This document shows, piece after piece, positions 59,829 to 64,000 of a stretch of 64,000 nucleotides of DNA. Location: the NCBI GenBank assembly GCA_965227775.1, contig OZ245777.1:1056001-1120000 (forward strand). The letters run 5' to 3'. The notes under the pieces were generated by a model. That model was not told where the DNA came from, ran no database searches, and saw nothing but the letters and a program-made list of their open reading frames with translations. The translations under genes were made by a program, and so were the position numbers. The DNA comes from Phycisphaerales bacterium (lineage in GTDB: Bacteria > Planctomycetota > Phycisphaerae > Phycisphaerales > UBA1924). The stretch's first letter is position 1. Every line of letters begins with the position of its first letter.

Positions 59829-60731
59829 TCACGCGCCCGTGACTCTCTTGGCTACCTCAAAGAGGCATGCTTTGAATGCCTCAATCCTCGGAGAGGCGAA
59901 CTCCGTTGGCGCACTCAAGACATACACTGGGTCATAGGCTGGCAGTTCAAACTCTGGGAGCACCTCGACAAGTCGCCCGGAGTCGAGATCTGCTCGCGCC
60001 GCGAAGCTGGACAGATACCCGACGCCGATTCCGGATCGGACGGCGTGCAACAGCGAGTTTCCGTCAGTCGTACGCAGGATGGGACGAACTGTGACCGACC
60101 GAGTCTCGTTGCCTTCTGTGTAGGCCCATGTCGTGATTTCATCCGCGGGGCTCGTGTACGCCACGGTCGGATAACTTCCCAATTCCTCAGGATGTGAGAG
60201 AGGTCCGGCGCGCTCCAGCAACTCGGGTGTTGCTACTAGGCAGACGTCATTGTCCGCGAGCTTTCTTGAGATGAGGCTCCCCTCGCTCGGCAGCCCAACG
60301 CAAAGCGCGATGTCGAGCGAGTTTCTGTAGAAAGCAAGCGGCTCATCCTGAAGCAACAGCGTGATACGGACGCGTGGATACTCGGCGAGGAAGTTAGAGA
60401 TCGCCGGCTGCATGAGGTGGTGACCGACGTGGAGAAGGCTCCCTATCCGTAGCTCGCCCGTGACCTGACCTTTCGATTCCTCGAGTTGTTGGGTCATCTC
60501 CTCAAACGTTGATCCGATGCGTTTGCTGTGCTCCAGCACAACCTGGCCGTGCGTCGTGAGTCGCATCGTCCTGGATGTCCGCTCGAGTAGTTGAGCACCC
60601 AACTCGCGCTCAAGTGTCTTCACATGCTTGCTCACTGTCGAGTGATTGAGATTCCACTTGGCCGCCGCGGCCGTAAACCCTCCGAGTTCAACCACGTCTC
60701 GAAACAGCAAGAGTTTGCCGATGTCGTCCAT
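59829..60731 (-). CDS. LysR-family regulator (CrgA/DmlR-like)
   Basis: FRDVVELGGFTAAA...STVSKHVKTLERELGAQLLERTSR; GRLVEVLPEF. Confidence 0.92.
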   Translation of the reverse strand: MDDIGKLLLFRDVVELGGFTAAAAKWNLNHSTVSKHVKTLERELGAQLLERTSRTMRLTTHGQVVLEHSKRIGSTFEEMTQQLEESKGQVTGELRIGSLLHVGHHLMQPAISNFLAEYPRVRITLLLQDEPLAFYRNSLDIALCVGLPSEGSLISRKLADNDVCLVATPELLERAGPLSHPEELGSYPTVAYTSPADEITTWAYTEGNETRSVTVRPILRTTDGNSLLHAVRSGIGVGYLSSFAARADLDSGRLVEVLPEFELPAYDPVYVLSAPTEFASPRIEAFKACLFEVAKRVTGA

Positions 60732-60838
60732 GCCGTTTGTGCCTTTCGTACACATATAATGTGACGAATAGGTCATTGAATCAACAGATTGGCTCGTGTA
60801 TGTTCCTCCGATCAAGCACCACACACGAGGGTTCTGTC

Positions 60839-62683
60839 ATGAAATCTGGAACGACTCTCATCACTCTTCTGGCCGCATCGCTCGCGAACGGGGCACAGGA
60901 GGCGCCGGATCAAGTCTCTCGCCAGGATGTCTCATTTCGTTCTGGTGATGCCGCGTTGGTTGGGCACCTTTACCTCCCAGAGAACTACGACGGAAACCGC
61001 CAGCTTCCTGGCCTGGTTGTCACGGGCGCCTGGACAACGGTGAAGGAGCAGATGCCGGCAACGTACGCCGCAGAGATGGCCGGTCGCGGTTTCGCGGCTC
61101 TGACCTTCGACTTCCGCGGATGGGGCGGATCTGAGGGGTCTCCGAGATTCCTCGAGGACCCCGAGCGAAAGACGCAGGACATCATCGCGGCCGCGGCGTT
61201 TCTTGCGTCCCGCCCCGAGGTAGATGCCGGTCGAATCGGTGGGCTCGGCGTGTGTGCTTCGGCTGGCTACATGAGCGATGCGACGCAGCGAAGCCCAAAC
61301 ATCCGGGCGCTCGGGCTGATCGCACCGTGGCTGCATAACTACGAGATCGCGGAGTCGGTTTACGGCGGCCGTGAGGGCGTCGCAGGTCTGATTGCTGCCG
61401 GCCGAGAAGCCACGGCGTCCGATGAGGCTGTCATTATCGAAGCCGCGAGCACGACGAATGAGTCGGCCTTGATGTACAACGCGCCGTACTACACCGAGAC
61501 AGATCGTGGTCTGATCGACGAGTACGACAACCAGTTCAACGTTGCCTCATGGGAACCGTGGCTGACCTACGACGCGGTGCGCGTTGGAAAAACCTTGCGA
61601 AAGCCAACGCTCGCGGTCCATTCCCAGGCTGCCGTGATTCCGCAGGGCATCACTGCGTTTGCAGAGCGTATGGGGGCACACGCTCGGGTGCTTTGGCTCG
61701 ACGATATCACGCAGTTTGAGTTTTACGATCAGCCCGTGCCGGTCACTACCGCTGCGGATGCTGTTGCGGAGCACTTCAGGGAGTCGTTCCACGAGCAGCA
61801 AGACGTCGCGGCCGTCACCACGGTTGTAGAAGGCGTTGCAACACTGGCGGATCTCGGACGATTCGATGCGCTCGCGTCTCTGTATGCAGACGAGATCATG
61901 GTGGACTACAGCTCACTCACGGGTGAGCCCGCGAACACGGTGACTTCGGCTGACCTCATGCGCTCGTGGGCGGGGTTCCTGCCGGGTTTCGACCTCACAC
62001 GTCACAGCCTCTCGGGCATCCATGTCAGCATCGACGGCGACTCGGCCGTTGCGACCGCGGGCTTCACGGCCGATCACTTTATCGGTGAGCTGTTCTGGCA
62101 GGCGAGGGGTGACTATCGGTATGAGCTTCGTCGGGATGGCCGTGACTGGAAGATCGTTGGCCACACGATGAACCTCCGAGGGGAGGATGGCACACGCGAC
62201 GCGCTTGCGATCGCACCGGCCAGGGCCGCGGAACGACCGGGTGCAGTCCTGGTCCGTGATGCTGCCGCCGGTGCAGTACGAGCGTTCCTGGAATCACTTG
62301 AATCGAAAGATATGAACGCATTCGCCAACGTCTGGGCCGACAATGCCGTCCAAGAGATGCCGTTTGCTCCCGAGGGATTCCCAAAGGACGTGCGCGGTAA
62401 GAACGGGATCCTGGCCCATTACCAAGCGTGGCCGGCCGTCAGCGGCGACGCCGAGTTCACAGAGAATCTCCGGTTCTACCCCATGCAGGATCCGGAGTGG
62501 GTCTTCGCGACGTTCACGGGGCATGTCGACATCATCCCGACCGGCCGGCTCTACGAGCAGACGTACGGCGGTCTCTTCCACGTTGTAGATGGCAAGATCG
62601 TGCTCTTCCGCGAGTACTTCAACCCGGCCCCGTTCGTTCACGCATTCGGCCTTGAGGGTGAGTCAAAGGGACTCGGACAGTGA
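60839..62683 (+). CDS. Fusion: signal peptide, alpha/beta hydrolase, two SnoaL/NTF2-like domains
   Basis: GAWTTVKEQM, FDFRGWGGSEG, GLGVCASAGY; then VDYSSLTG...TRH...GDYRYEL; then WADNAVQEMPFAP...GKIVLFREYFNP. Confidence 0.85.
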   Translation: MKSGTTLITLLAASLANGAQEAPDQVSRQDVSFRSGDAALVGHLYLPENYDGNRQLPGLVVTGAWTTVKEQMPATYAAEMAGRGFAALTFDFRGWGGSEGSPRFLEDPERKTQDIIAAAAFLASRPEVDAGRIGGLGVCASAGYMSDATQRSPNIRALGLIAPWLHNYEIAESVYGGREGVAGLIAAGREATASDEAVIIEAASTTNESALMYNAPYYTETDRGLIDEYDNQFNVASWEPWLTYDAVRVGKTLRKPTLAVHSQAAVIPQGITAFAERMGAHARVLWLDDITQFEFYDQPVPVTTAADAVAEHFRESFHEQQDVAAVTTVVEGVATLADLGRFDALASLYADEIMVDYSSLTGEPANTVTSADLMRSWAGFLPGFDLTRHSLSGIHVSIDGDSAVATAGFTADHFIGELFWQARGDYRYELRRDGRDWKIVGHTMNLRGEDGTRDALAIAPARAAERPGAVLVRDAAAGAVRAFLESLESKDMNAFANVWADNAVQEMPFAPEGFPKDVRGKNGILAHYQAWPAVSGDAEFTENLRFYPMQDPEWVFATFTGHVDIIPTGRLYEQTYGGLFHVVDGKIVLFREYFNPAPFVHAFGLEGESKGLGQ

Positions 62684-62846
62684 CGCGCAGGCTCGGTTAG
62701 TACCTCACCGTGAACGCAGAATCCGTGTCTCGGGGCTCCAGAGGCCTACCTGGGACACAAGAGGTTTCACTAGTGTCTTGTCACCCCGTGTTGTTTGTGC
62801 AGGGGTTTCCGCATCGCAGCTTCCATGCGGGGCCATACGGTTCGGC

Positions 62847-64000
62847 ATGCCGACGCCTGCAAAACCCGACGGTGGTCCAAGCTCGCGGCGGCGCTTTCGC
62901 AGGCTGCGTCGGCTGCCGGCCCAGATTGTTCGGCGCAGCCCCTTTGAAGGATCGATCCGTCCCGGGCGTGTTCCGTTGTTCACCCTCAGATCGCGGCCCT
63001 CGCTCCCGTTTCCCCACCCCTGGAACTACCGCGAGCCCTTGCGGGTGCTCTCGACGTTCTATCACGGTGCCGAGGCGGAGCCTGACCACGGAGCGCGACA
63101 CAACCGCTACCTGGACATGCCGGGCTTCGCTCCCGTCCTGGTTTCGCGCGACCCAGGCGTGATCGAGGCCATCTCGAAGTCGACCGGTGATAAGCCTGGG
63201 CAGTTTGATCGCGACACGATGCCGACCAGTGGCATCGCTCGCGCGACCGGCGACAAGACGCTGCTCTACGCCAACGGCGCGACCTGGCGCGCGCAGAAGC
63301 AGATGGTCGCCCCACCCTTCTCGCGCTCGACGCTGTTCCAGCCCGAGGTATTCACCGACTTCGAGAAGAACTGTCGGAAGATCGCGATCGAACGTCTCGG
63401 GCTGGTTGGCGAGCGTCTGCGCGAGACTGGGGCCAGGACGCTCCAGGTCCAGCTCGAGCCCGAGATCAAGGCCGTGATGCTGGACATGCTCGTCAACAGC
63501 TTCTTCGGCGCGTCAATCGACTCGGAGGACATTCGCAATCGTGACGTCCCGGCGATTGACCGATTCATCGACAGCATCGTCAAGGACACCGTCATGGCGA
63601 AGGTTGGGTGCCCGATGCATCGGCTGCCTCGGTGGATCGGTGGCGTGGCACGGGCGAGGGCGGCCGCACAGACTTTCGAGGACCTGACGAGCGAGTCCAT
63701 TCGCCCTCGTGCGCGACAGGCGGGGCTCTGGCGGCACTTCAAATCGGATGTGGGAGACGAGGCGCTCCGGCCCAACATCCGGGTCTTTCTCGCCGGGGCG
63801 CTGGAAGCGACCACGTCGTACGCGAGTTGGGCGCTCTCGCATCTCGCCCGCGATACGGCCGTACAGCAGCGGCTCTATGAAGAGGTGCGTGACGTTGACG
63901 ACTACAGCCCCGAAGCTCTGCAGCAGCTCGAGTATCTCGGCTGCGTGCTGAACGAGACGCTGCGCCTGACGCCGGCGTTGTACTTCCATCCCCGCCGCGC
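62847..64000 (+). CDS. Cytochrome P450 (3'-partial, absent from the ORF track because it has no stop in the window)
   Basis: Hand translation of the frame from ATG 62847: LLYANGATWRAQKQMVAPPF, I-helix VFLAGALEATTS, QQRLYEEV, K-helix LNETLRLTP. Confidence 0.88.
   Translation, partial: MPTPAKPDGGPSSRRRFRRLRRLPAQIVRRSPFEGSIRPGRVPLFTLRSRPSLPFPHPWNYREPLRVLSTFYHGAEAEPDHGARHNRYLDMPGFAPVLVSRDPGVIEAISKSTGDKPGQFDRDTMPTSGIARATGDKTLLYANGATWRAQKQMVAPPFSRSTLFQPEVFTDFEKNCRKIAIERLGLVGERLRETGARTLQVQLEPEIKAVMLDMLVNSFFGASIDSEDIRNRDVPAIDRFIDSIVKDTVMAKVGCPMHRLPRWIGGVARARAAAQTFEDLTSESIRPRARQAGLWRHFKSDVGDEALRPNIRVFLAGALEATTSYASWALSHLARDTAVQQRLYEEVRDVDDYSPEALQQLEYLGCVLNETLRLTPALYFHPRR

Larger units (their letters stand above)
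59733..62788. mobile_element. Putative tRNA-Pro-anchored genomic islet (no integrase seen)
   Basis: Visibly lower GC and different codon usage; TGTCACCCCG at the tRNA 3' end (59722-59731) recurs at 62779-62788. Confidence 0.5.

Overview
GC-rich bacterial chromosomal window, most likely a Phycisphaerales planctomycete (inferred from seven proteins ending in a Cys...GC dockerin-like module and five [V/I]PAP/PEP-CTERM-type proteins). Housekeeping genes (uvrC, topA, miaA, trpS, acnA, an isolated atpA, an isolated fusA, adk, tRNA-Tyr, tRNA-Pro) are interspersed with secreted/surface-protein genes, a glycosylation cluster, an HMG-CoA lyase/enoyl-CoA hydratase cluster and a ~3 kb islet behind tRNA-Pro; a cytochrome P450 runs off the right edge. 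Main candidates: (1) four tandem PEP-CTERM-anchored proteins with a cohesin-like sequence pattern, which could be cell-surface receptors for the dockerin-tagged proteases and other secreted proteins; (2) an array of tandem ~20-bp palindromes with 21-bp period between atpA and that cluster; (3) a recurring TAnnnT hexamer 5-8 nt before start codons, suggesting many leaderless mRNAs. All calls come from reading motifs by eye; no searches were run. Start codons were often moved downstream of the ORF-track starts.
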